A DNA stretch of 64,000 nt from Isurus oxyrinchus. Lineage: Eukaryota. Shown piece after piece: positions 26,106 through 37,460 of this stretch; the first letter of the stretch is position 1, and each line of letters starts with the position of its first letter. The notes under the pieces were generated by a model. That model did no database searches. It was not told where the DNA came from and saw nothing but the letters and a program-made list of their open reading frames with translations. The stretch lies in assembly GCA_026770705.1 (NCBI GenBank), contig JANJGN010000026.1, positions 39,184,001-39,248,000 of the forward strand. The letters are read 5' to 3'. The position numbers were made by a program, and so were the translations under genes.

Positions 26106-26908
26106 AAAATAACCCGCTTCCTCTCAACTGGCTTTGGAAACCTTTACAACGAGTCGCCTCTCGCCGGCAGTACCAGTTTGCGGTACAGAAACAGAAAATT
26201 CTGGACATACTCGGCAGGCCGGGAAGCATCGGTGCAGAGCGAATCACAGTGAAAGTTTCATATCCGCGACATTTCACCTGAACTCAGTCTGAGGAGCTGC
26301 CGATTTCTGGCGAAAGGTCACAGACTGAAACCTTCACTCTGTTTCTGGTTGTATTTCCAGCACTTTCTGTTTGTCTTTCGAATTTGGTTAACTTTCTGCA
26401 GCGAGACACAAGAGAGGTGGGGAAATATCACCCGCAGGACAATCGCAGGCGCATTCTTTTAGATAACTATTAGGTCACAAATTGGGATGAGAGTAAATAT
26501 GCCTACATTTCGGATTCTTCAGTTTAAGGGCGGATTTTACTGTATAATTATACTAAAGTTCTTTAAGAATCGTCACACAACACCATAAGATAAACACTCA
26601 GGATCTCTCTCGGTTCCCTGCGACACAGTCAGACAATGAAGCTCCCCACGTAGCAAAGACCGCACTGACTAACTGCCTCATCAGTCCGCCACTCTCTGCT
26701 GTGACCATCAGTATATCTAATGAAAGATCCTCCCTATTAGCATTCACTAGACAACCCGCCGCAGCCCTGCCCGTCTCTCCCGTTAGCTGTTCATGCTCTG
26801 AGCCTCCTGGCCCGCCTTGTGCTATCAGTGAGATTGCTGCCGCTCCCCCGGAACAGTAACCAGGAGCGAGGTTTTTGTACAATGACTGCCGCATTTTGTC
26901 TCAGTGTG

Positions 26909-27321
26909 AGGCTCAGCCGCACAGTAATAAACTGCGGCATCGGCGTTCCCCGTGTCTACAATGAGCAATTGGCCGCGTTTCTCCAACTCGGAAAGATTCA
27001 GTTCAAATCGTCGACTTCGCCCTTTGCTATTCGATATCTGCCTTATAATCCACTCCAGTCCCTGACCGGATTTCTGTCTGTACCAATGCATCACGTAGAA
27101 TTCGGACAGCTCGGAGCTGCAGTCCATCTGCACCGAATCCCTGCTCTGGACTGTTTTCGAAGCGGGAGATTGAAGCACACGGTCCGAGAGACATCGACCT
27201 GGAAAAATATTCAGGGCATGAAACACTGGAACAGAGAGATCAATAATGAAAAACTCACTCTGGGTCATTGGGTCACTGTCCTGTGCCTACCAGTTCGCAT
27301 CGCCAAGATGACGGATAGCAT
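26909..27321 (-). CDS. Apparently intact TCR delta-type V segment (leader 27291-27321, V exon 26909-27198)
   Basis: Short leader MLSVILAMRT|GTAGGC. Open V exon GRCLSDRVLQSPASKTVQSRDSVQMDCSSELSEFYVMHWYRQKSGQGLEWIIRQ..DAAVYYCAAEP. RSS CACACTG-23-ACAAAAACC (26870-26908). CRE-like TACGTCAC at about 27458. Confidence 0.8.
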
Positions 27322-27669
27322 CTTTAACTTCAACAAAACACGGTTGCTATGAGAATGTCAATTCGAAAACGGGACACAACTCACAACAGAAGGAAGGGAA
27401 TCGTTTCAAGAGATTAAAATGTTGGCTAATTAAAGTCAATGATGGATACTGAATGTCTACGTCACGTATTTATTTTTCCCGCTCCTAATTGGCTGGAAAT
27501 TGATATTGTTCGCCGGATATAAGGAGGCGGGTTGTTGGTCCGCTGCTCATTTCCCTTACGGTTCAAGTCTGAACCGATCAGTTGTCTGAAGACCAGCAGC
27601 TTCTTCCGCTCCGGGTGGATGGAAGTGAAGGGAAGCACGTCTATTGATGAGAGTCACTCTCGTAAGCGA

Positions 27670-30110
27670 CCAACCCGACACTATTTCTATTTCTTTATCC
27701 ATAACAAGCTTAGATTGTACCATGTTGTGGTCGCTATCACGAAAATGCTCCACCACCACCACCTCAGCCACCTGTCCGGCTTCTTTTCCCAGAATTAGAT
27801 CCAGCACTGCGCCGTCCCTTGTTAGGCCCTCTACATATTGGCCTTCAAAGCTCTCCTGTACACATTTCAAGAAATCCACTCCATCCAAGCCCTTAACACT
27901 ATGTCTATCCCAATTAAATTTGGGAAAGTTGAAATCACCTAATATAATTACCCTTTTGTTATTGTTTTTACACACCTCCACAATTTGCGTACAAATTTGC
28001 TCCTCAATATCCCGCTGACTATTTGGGGGTCCATAATAAACGCCTAACAATGTGGCTTCCCATTTTTTATTCCTAAACTCTATCCACAAATCTTCATTCG
28101 ATCCCCCCACCAAGATATCATCTCTCCTTACTGAAGTAACTGACTCCTTAACTAATAATGCAATGCCTCCTCCTCTTTTACCCCCTCCCTGTCTCGCCTG
28201 AAGATTCTATATCCCGGAATGTTCAGCTGCCAATCCTGCCCCTCCCTCAACCACGTCTCAGTGATGGCTATTATATCACAATTCCAAGTGTCAATCCTCA
28301 CCCTTAACTCAGCCGTTTGACATGTAATTCTCCTGGCATTAAAGTCGAGGCCATCTAGCCTTGCCTTACTTCTTTGAAGCTTAATGTAGCTGTTCTCCCT
28401 CTGACTTGATTGTTTTACTGTATTATGATGCATCTCTCTTCTTCCAAAATTGTGTGTCCCCTCCCCCTGCTGAATTAGTTTAAACTCCTCCCAACAGCAC
28501 TAGAAAACTCGCCCGCAAGGATGTTAGTCCTGCTCTGGTGCAGGTGTAAGCTGTCCCACTTGTACAGGACCCACCTTCCCCAGAAACGTTCCCAGTGATC
28601 CAGGAATCTAACTCATCCTCCTGCATCAGCTCTTAAGCCACATATTCATCTGCGCTATTCTCTTATTTCTGAGCTCACAACACGTGGCACTGAGAGTAAT
28701 CCGGGGTTTACAACCCGAGAGGTCTTGCTTTTTAGTCTATTGCCTAACTCCTTGAAATCTTGCTGCAAGTCATCATCGCTCTTTCTCCCTACGTCACTGG
28801 TACCAACATGCACCATTACCAGTGCCTTATCCCCCTCCCCATTCAGGATGACCTGCAGCTGTTCAGTGACATCCCGGACCCTGGCACCAGGGAGGCAACA
28901 CATCATCATGGAGTCACGTTGACGGCGACTGTAGCGCCTATCTTTTCCCCTGACTATAGAATCACCTGTTACTATTGTTCTTTCTCCCTACCTCTCCTCC
29001 TGTACAGACAGACTGCTTGTGGTGCCAGAAGCTTGTCTCTGTCTGCGCTCCCTGGAGGAGCTGGCGCCCTCATCAGCCTCGAAAATGGAATACCAATTTA
29101 TGAGCGGGGCCTTAGGGGACTCCTGAACTCCCTGCCTGTTTCTTTTGGATTGCCTGATGGTCACCCATTCCCTTCCTCCATTAAGTCCCTTCAGTTGCTG
29201 CGTGACCACCTCTGCAAACGTGCTAACCATGACTTGCGGATGCTCTACAGTGTCCCCAGCCACCATTCCAGCTCTGAAACTCGAGATTCCAGGAGCTGCA
29301 GCTGGACACAACTCCTACACACATGCTAGCCCTGGGCAATGGAAATGTTCCCGGCTTCCCACATGGAGAACGAGGAGCACATCCCGGATTTGAGCTCTCC
29401 TGCCATGTTATAACCCTTTGAATTAAACCTTTTAAATCAGTTACTCTAGGGTCCTTCTTCCTGATCCTTGTTATTACAGAATATACAAGCTACAAACCAC
29501 AAAAAGATCTTAAACTATAAGCAATGAAGATAGTAAATACATACCCGACTTTACCCACTACTTACCAGTCATTCCTTTCCCTTGTAGCCTCTACTGCTGC
29601 AGCAGGGCAAGGCCACTCTCTGAAGATTTAAGAAGTTGTATAGCAAAGTTAAAATACAAAGACCACCTCTTCCCCTCTGCACCGAATCCCCACTGTGTAC
29701 CAAATTGCCAATACCAATACCCACACTCACTCTGGCTGTGCTTCCCTCAAGATGACATCTCTCCCCTGTTCGTGTGCAAGCACACTGTCGTGTGCTTCTA
29801 AATAGTTAATTTCTTAATTAGAACTGAGGTGAGTTGAGATGACTGACACTAGTTAAGCTTCAAATAGTAATCAACGCCTATGAAGGCCCTAATCAGGCTT
29901 CAAGTGATTAACAGTTAACTGTCACACAGTCAGTTGCATCAGCTCCCTTACCAACCTGTCAACTAGAATACTGTAGTTACAAAAGTTAAAGAGAAATTAA
30001 AGAGAAAGACTTACCAGTTCAATTCCAACTGTGCACCAAATTGCCAGTGCCCACACTCACTCTGGCTGTGCCTCACTCAGGATGAGATCACTCACGTGTT
30101 CATGTGCAAG
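27670..30110 (-). mobile_element. CR1-type LINE 5' half (5' UTR, esterase ORF1, APE endonuclease; RT missing)
   Basis: CCLPGARVRDV..VHVGTSD (SGNH-like ORF1). NARRI..DIIAITETWL..GVYYGPPN..ILGDFNFP..LDLIL..DSDHN (APE). An internal direct repeat lies at about 29690-29785 and 30025-30112. Confidence 0.85.
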
Positions 30111-30160
30111 CACCACGTTCAGGTTTTTGTACAGCTGTCTCCGTGCTCTGTATCACTGTG

Positions 30161-30469
30161 CTGTGCGTTGACTCAGTGCACAGTAATACACAACGGAGTC
30201 GCTCAGTTGTAGTCTGGAGACAGTTAACCGGCTGATTTTCTCAGCAGGATCGATCGAAGCAGAAATTCTCCCTCCCACAGCGTTTTCTTTATTTTCTTCT
30301 CCTGCAGTGTGTCTCTGAAGCAGATAATCCGGAGCCTGGCCGGGAGACTGACGGTACCAGTGTACTGTGTACTGACAGAACCTGACCGAATATTCACATC
30401 TTAAAGTAATGGTGTCACCGGCAGGATACGTTTGTACAGGCGGATTCTGGGATATCATGGAACTGGAAT
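30161..30469 (-). CDS. NAR-TCR supporting TCR delta V, cassette 1 (leaderless, intact)
   Basis: Phase-1 acceptor CTCCAG|AT. Reads DSSSMISQNPPVQTYPAGDTITLRCEYSVRFCQYTVHWYRQSPGQAPDYLL..DSVVYYCALSQRT, with an extra Cys in CDR1. Consensus RSS CACAGTG-23-ACAAAAACC (30122-30160). Confidence 0.93.
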
Positions 30470-31899
30470 CTGGAGGATAAAAAACCGAACATTATCTTTT
30501 AGTTTTGCCACTGTTTGTCCAGCTAAATATATCAATCACGTCAATAGCTCTGCTTTTTGCAGTAATTTTATTTGCTGGAAGCCTGTTTGAACCGTGTTCA
30601 TTCTTACGAAATTATGAAGTGGGGAACTCTTCCAATTAGGACTGCACTGTCTGAATTGGTGTTGGGTACAGATTCTATTGTAACTTTCAAACGGGTAATG
30701 GATCTCTGCTGGAAATATTAATAAAAATATAGAGCAATGGAGAAACTTCATGGGCAGTGGGAACAATTGGATTGCACTTTTAAAGGGTCAGCGCCTACAC
30801 GATGGGCCGAATGTCATCCTTCCGTGCCGTATGATTCCATTAATTATAATACATTCCCGTTTCTATTTTCCCTGGTGAGAGACAAACCCGAGGGAACATT
30901 TGATGTTCAGCGAGGCAACCAGTTTCCAAAAGAAAACATGTTTGTCCGAGAGGAACACAGCTGTGCACAGCCAGATCCAACACAAACTGATGGGTATCAT
31001 CAGCACCGATTGGGCAAAACCGAGAGTGAGCACAAGTGGTCAAAGGCCAATCATTTCCTGCGGTTTAGAAGTACACGGAAATTTCTATTTGCCTTTTGCT
31101 CTATTTCTCTATGTTCTATTAATAGTGTCCTATTTTCTCCAGTTCAGCTTAATTTCAAATATGTGCAATTAATTTCATTTTATTTCTTTAATTTCACATT
31201 CCCTTTATTTCACATTTTCTTTGTGTTGTTTGCGCTTTCTGCAATCGTGGGACCTCGCCCCAAGTTCTCTAAGTTGTCGGTTGGGTTCAGTCTGTTCACT
31301 TTCCGCAGTGGTTTTACTGTTACTCACTGGGAACTGCCTCTTCCGGTTCTCTGACAATTTCAATTCTTTCCGCACGTTAACTGATTGTCTCCCGGGTTCA
31401 CTGGGCGGAGTTTTCTCTCAATTATCGAGGAAGAAGAATGCGGAAGAGGAATGGACCATTCAGCCTGTGTATATGATCAATTCCAGCCGCACCTCACCAG
31501 AAATCTAATTGACCATTTACATCCAGCTCCCTGTATCAGTCTGTTCCGTTCTCCCTCCTGTATTCAAATAAATATATCAATAGCAACTGCTCCAACCACT
31601 CCCTGAGGCAGCAAGTTCCACACTCCGACCTGCCTTTGTTTAAATACATTTGTCTTAAATGATTTATTTGTTTTGTTCATGAATGTCATATGGTGACGGC
31701 TATTGATTTAGACTCAGCCATAAATGAGCAATTTATCCACACTAAAACCGATTATTGTTTAAAATATTTCTATGGATTCTCCTTGTGGTTCTGTTTTCCA
31801 GAAAAAAGAGACCCAGCCTGTTCAATCTTCCCACAGAGATGTGGGAATTGTTGCTGATTTATTTTCTGAGGAGTGTAAGAAATTAAAGCAGAGAATCCG

Positions 31900-32420
31900 A
31901 TCAATATAAACAGGAGCCGCCATATCACTATTCAAATCTGCTCAGACATTCAGTAATATTCTGGCTGATTTACAACCTCAACGTCACATTCCCGCACTCT
32001 CCCCATATCCCTGATCCTTTTAGCGTCCAAAAACTTATCGAATATTGTCTTGAATGCACACAGGTTTTGAACACCCACCGCTCTCTGAGTTACACAATGC
32101 CACAGATTCACAGCAATGGCTCTACTGAAGATATTTTTTCCTTCTCAGTTCTAATGGATGATTCTTTATTCTGAAGCGGTGTCCCCGAGTTCTATATTCT
32201 TCAGTCTGGGGAAACTACGACCTAGAATTTGCCCTGTCGAGGCCCTTCAGTGTATCACATGTTTCCATGAGATCATCTCTCATTCTTCTAAACTCTAGGA
32301 AATATCAACCGAGAAGACTAAATCTCTTCCCATTGGACAATCCCTTCATATCAGGAATCAGTCGGATAAACATTTGCTGCACCAATTCTATTACAGATTG
32401 ATCTCTGTAAGGGGACCAAA
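31900..32420 (-). mobile_element. CR1-type LINE 3' fragment in the J-to-supporting-V intron
   Basis: Same fragment is present at about 51250-51725, so it predates the cassette duplication. Confidence 0.7.
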
Positions 32421-33351
32421 CCTTCACAGCATTCCGGAGTGGAGTCTATTTCAGTCCTTCCCTCCATAAACCTCACCCACCTGGGGGTCGGATTGTACTT
32501 TGAAAGGCGCCCAGAAATCATCCAATCCCTCTCTCCCTTTCGATTAATTTTGTCTTGCTGGTTCTAAATGAGCATTCTCCTAGTTTATAATTGTTTCCTT
32601 ATGTTTCTGTTCTCCTTCATAAGATTAATGCATCATCCTCATTCTCTCACTGCACTGCGTTGCCTTAATTCACAGTAATCTGTGATACAGATAAATTACA
32701 GCAATCCCATCTCTCAAATATTTCCATTCAATATAGAGAAGCGTCTGCAGTTTCAAACTTTCACATTTCGGACTCAGGACGGGAAAGGAGAAGAGTGATT
32801 GGTTCTGCGAAGACAATTGAAAGAAATGGGGGGGACAATGTCACTAATTGCAGTCACAGATTGTCCAATAATAAAATTCAACCTAGACTCATATCAGGGT
32901 CTCTTATAACTGAAGCCCATTGTGTCACTCGCCCGTTTCTTTCCCGGGTCAGGTATTGAACGAGCCGCTGCAGTTATCCGAATGGCCGCAGTTGTGTTGA
33001 GTTTATTCACCGGGTACATCATTCACATTGCGCGGCTCGGACTGCAATCTGCTGCCCAGGGGAGAGCTCTGTGACCCCGCTTCCGGGCTCTAAGGGACAG
33101 ACAGAGCTTCCTCGGTCACAGTTAACACCGGGAGTGGAGTCCGGATTGCCGACAATCTCAGCTCGTTAAAAGCGATTCAGAGTGTGCGAGTCCGTGATGT
33201 TGATGTTGTCCCCGATGTGCCCGTTAAACCAATAATGGTCCACATTCCGTCAACTCCCACATCCCCTCAAACTCCACTGATATCAATAATAAACTGACTG
33301 TGAACATTACACGGGACAGGCTGTAAGTCGGCGGAGTTTGGTGTTACTTAC

Positions 33352-33404
33352 CGGCTGTGACAGTCACCACTGTCCCCGATCCATCCCGATAGTCAGTAAC
33401 CCAC
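33352..33404 (-). CDS. NAR-TCR J segment, cassette 1
   Basis: RSS GGTTGTTGT-23-CACTGTG (33405-33443). Reads WVTDYRDGSGTVVTVTA + G|GTAAGT. Phase 1 matches the supporting-V acceptor. Confidence 0.92.
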
Positions 33405-33785
33405 CACAGTGACACCGCTCTCAGTCTCCCCTGTACAACAACCAGGACTTCTCACCCTGCCGGAAAATCATCATCCGACAGTAGAAACTGCCCAATTATT
33501 CAGTGGATTTATATAAATTAACAATATTCAACCTTTCAAAGTCTCTGTCGTTTCAAACTGTTCTTTGTGAGGTCCTGAGCTCCGAGTAAATGGTCCCTGG
33601 AACGAGATGTTCGCTTGATATAAACTGAGAAAAATATCAAAGAAATATAAATGAATGGTGGTAATTACAATGAAATGTAACCAGATTACAGCGAAAATAA
33701 CATCAACCCGACAATTCACTATCCGGGCCCAGAGAATTTATATTGCGATCGTGGAGAGGTATTTGCTCAGGTGTCTTCTACTGTG

Positions 33786-33802
33786 ACTTTCCCATCCATC
33801 CA
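33786..33802 (-). CDS. NAR-TCR D segment, cassette 1
   Basis: TGGATGGATGGGAAAGT flanked by GGGATTTTT-12-CACTGTG and CACAGTA-12-GCAAATACC. Confidence 0.85.
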
Positions 33803-34194
33803 CACAGTGTTACAAGTCAGTAAAAATCCCCCGGGTTCTTGGTGAAATTTGGGGACATTAGTTAAACAGCGGGCACTGCGGTTCCCGGTTGCAGCAGTTA
33901 GACCAGGATCACATCTGGTGTCAGGAGTTTGCAAATGGGATCAGTCATTCCCAATCCCCACTCACTGACACCAATCCCAGGAAAGACATCACCATCCGCT
34001 CACATTCGGCATTTAAAAAGCTCAAGCTATTAACGGCAATAATCCAATCTTATTATAAACTAGTCTGTGAGGCAGACGGTGTGAGGCGGAACTGTGGGGG
34101 GTTTAACTGCAGAATTAACTCCGATTTCTCATTTGTTTCTGTGATAATCTGCAGTGAGTTTTTGTACCGTGGGAAGCCAAGACCCATCACTGTG

Positions 34195-34664
34195 GATCTG
34201 TAGTACTGAGCTTTACAGTAATAGGTGGCGGTGTCTTCGACTCTCAATTCCCGAATTTCCAGCGAAAATGTCTTTTCTGCTTTATTCACCGACACAACAA
34301 ATCTCCCCCCGCTGGAGATCCGCTTCCGCTCTGTCCCGGTCTGGTTTTGCCTGAAGAAATATCCATTTTCTAAATAATAATAGTAACCATTTAAAACACA
34401 GGTGATGGTGAGAGACTGACACTCCTTCCTGGTCACCGCTGTCGGGATCTGTGTCACTGACTGACTGAAAGAGCCTGGAAATTAAACAGAGATAGTTTAA
34501 TGGACCATCAGAGCCGAACCTCAGAATGGGGTTAAAACCCCGGACAGTGTCGGTAATTGGGATGGACTCGGGCGGCTTTATATTAACTCCACACAATGTC
34601 GGTTTGTTGATCGGTACTCACGGGGTATGCAGACACACAGGATGAAAGCAAGGAGGATTCCCAT
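34195..34664 (-). CDS. NAR-TCR V (IgNAR-like), cassette 1 (leader 34622-34664, V exon 34195-34474)
   Basis: MGILLAFILCVCIP|RSFSQSVTQIPTAVTRKECQSLTITCVLNGYYYYLENGYFFRQNQTGTERKRISSGGRFVVSVNKAEKTFSLEIRELRVEDTATYYCKAQYYR. VNAR-type CDR2 deletion (ISxGGR..VN) and extra FR1 Cys. RSS CACAGTG-22-ACAAAAACT (34157-34194). Confidence 0.93.
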
Positions 34665-35519
34665 CGTTCTGCTGCCTGGAGCTAAGGGTTTATATGACAG
34701 GGAGCTGGAGACTGCAGCCCTGGACTGCACTGGGAGACCGGACCTCAGAGCTGGACTGAAATACTTTAGCGGGATCGAGTTTATTTGCACAGGACAGTTT
34801 CGCTGAGATCATTGATGGGTCGCACGATTCCCGGGTCGCTGTCTAAGTGTTGCGTGAATAAGAGACAGGTTTTTAAAAGGAGGCTGCAATTTTCTGACTA
34901 TTCATTTGGGCTGTGATCCGGATGTGAAAGCCCCTCCCACAACACTCTGGTGTACAGAGGTGGGGGATGGGAGCTTTTCTTTCCGCCAGTTGTGCTGCCG
35001 CCTTCCTTTCCCCACAGTGCTGAACTGGGAGGTCGGAGCATGTGTTTGTATTGGGTGGTGTTTGCCTGTGAGCCCAGGACACCGAGAGAAACCCCCGACT
35101 TGCTCTTATTGTAATATTCCGGAGATTTCCCCTGTCATTTAGCCAAATGGTTCCTGCACTAGCCCTGCGGTGGGTTACATGTTAAATGGTGCTTAATTTC
35201 AGCCACGTTTGACTTCCAAATTGGGAATATTCAGAATTTCTGTTTGCAGTCACTGAGAATGAATGAAACGACACTCGGGAGGACAATAGACATTCGGGGG
35301 GTGTCTTTAAAGATCACAGTCACTACCTTCTGTTCTGAAATCTGTTTATGGTGTATAATTATCTCTCAACCAGCAACAGCAACACTCAGTCTAATAAACC
35401 CCGTGACAAGGCCGATGTTCGAGGCTTCACAAAGCTGACAGCGGAGTTCGGGAAAATGCTGCTCAACATTGCGTACAGGGACGGAAAGGCCATTAAAGGG
35501 CGAAACGGAAATTAAGAAC

Positions 35520-35850
35520 CGCAGCACGTCGCACAAACATGGCCGACAGTACGTCACAAAAACACGAACAACAGTGCGTCACACAAACCGGGCCGACAGT
35601 TTCGTCACACAAACATGGCCGACAGTACGTCACACAAACATAGCCGACTGTACGTCACAAAAACATGATCGACAGTTTCGTCACACAAAGATGATCGACA
35701 TTACATCACACAAACCTGGCCGACAGCTTTGTCACAACAACATTGCCGACAGTACGTAACGCAAACATGGCCAATAGTACTTCATACAAACATGGCCAGC
35801 TGTACGTCACACAAACACGATCGACAGTACGTCTCACAAACATGGCCGAT
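35520..35850. repeat. 25-bp minisatellite, about 13 copies (cacacaaacatggccgacagtacgt)
   Basis: Directly visible tandem units. Only about 2 units are present at the paralogous site (55490-55545). Confidence 0.9.
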
Positions 35851-35959
35851 GATTTGAGATGCAATGTATAAAACCCACATTTTTTTCTGCACGTCCGGCC
35901 AATTGCTGTCAGCTTTGTTAACGTGATAAAGTGCTGCTTTGAGAATAATAATTAGTGTA

Positions 35960-36930
35960 AATCACTGTTAAGGTAAACATATAAATGTATAGTGCAAATA
36001 AGCATAGATAATATATGGCCAAGAATGGCATTAACAAAGGCACGGCCTCGTGTAACATAAATAGAAGCTGAGTCTATTTCAGTATTAACGGAAAAAAGGC
36101 CTGGAGTAAGGCAACTAGAAATTGGGTCTAGTGTAATGTAAACAAGAGTTTGGTTTAGACCCGAAATAACAAAGATAGGGCCTACCGAAATATAAACAAG
36201 ATCAAGGGTTATGAGATAATAGTTCAGACAGGTCTCTAGATAACATGACATGGTTTAATGTAATTTACACAGAGGCATAGGCTATTATAGTACTGTCGTA
36301 GTGCAAAATCAGCAGGATTATGGCCTAGTGCAATGTAAACTCAATCATGTCCTAGTGCAAAAGAGCATAGAAAATGGCCAGTGTAATATAAACCGAGACG
36401 GAGTCTCATTCAGTCGTAAATCAGGCAAGGCCTAGCGTCATACAAGCAGAGACATGTCAAATGCCGCAATAAAGGAGATGATGTCTCATGTACCTTAAAC
36501 AGAGACACAGGTTAATGTAATATAAAGAGTGAGATTCACTGGTGTAATACCGAGACAGGATATTGCTGAACACTAACAGAGTTCATCTATTGCAATAATA
36601 ACTGAGATTTGGCCTAGGGAAACATAGAAGGATATGCACCCTATTACAAATTAATGGAAAAAGGGACGAATGCAACATAAAGTGAGGTGTGGTCTAGTGT
36701 AGTTCGACTGAGGTAGTGCCTGGTGTAATATAAATATAAACATTAAGATATTGTAGTCAGTAATAACAAAAATTGTGCCTGGTGTAACATAAGTGGAGGC
36801 AAATCTAATGCAGTAATAGCAAAGACATCATTTAGTGTGACAGTCCAGTGCAGTAATAAATGAGGTGAGCTCTGGTTTAATATAAGCAGATGCATTGTAC
36901 AGTGCAGCAATAAATGATTATTGCTTAATT
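35960..36930. repeat. Old degenerate satellite, about 25-bp unit
   Basis: Periodic 'ggcctagtgtaatataaacagagac'-like motifs. Confidence 0.65.
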
Positions 36931-36974
36931 CTGGAATAATTGTGTACAACCAGGTACTGAGCTCATGTCATTTG

Positions 36975-37460
36975 TTTTCGCACCTATTTTGTGTCATCTG
37001 CAATCTTGACGATTGTACATTCACTTCCCTCATCTAAGGCATCAATATATGTTGTAAATAATTGAGGCCCCAACACTGCTCCCTGTGGCACCCCACTAGT
37101 TACAGGTTGCCATCCTGAAAATGCCCCCTTAACTCATCTCTCTGTCTTCTATTAGTTAGCCAATCCTTTATCCATGCTCATATACTACCCCCAACACCGT
37201 GGGCTCTTATCTTGTTAAGTAGCCATATGTGTAGTACCTTACCGAACGCATTTTGGAAATTCAAATACATTGCATCTACTGGTTCTCCTTTTTCAATGCT
37301 ACTTGTTACCTCACCAAAGAATTAGAATTAATTTGTCAAGCATACTGACTCTGCTTCATTAGACTATGTATTTCTAAAGGCTCTGCTATTGCATGATTTA
37401 TAATAGACACCAATATTTTCCCAAGGCCAGATGCTAAGCTAACTGGCTTGTTTTTCTACA
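36975..37460 (-). mobile_element. CR1-type RT fragment
   Basis: Minus strand encodes [26 protein letters not shown], typical of CR1 RT. Confidence 0.75.

Noticed and set aside
30737-31354. Longest ORF in the track (205 aa, plus strand)
   Set aside because: Antisense to the cassette intron, begins in a repeat tail, and is not kept open in the cassette-2 paralog.
35520-35850. CRISPR-like or RSS-array reading of the short repeats
   Set aside because: Vertebrate DNA with head-to-tail units and no unique spacers. The ACAAAAACA matches lack properly spaced heptamers.
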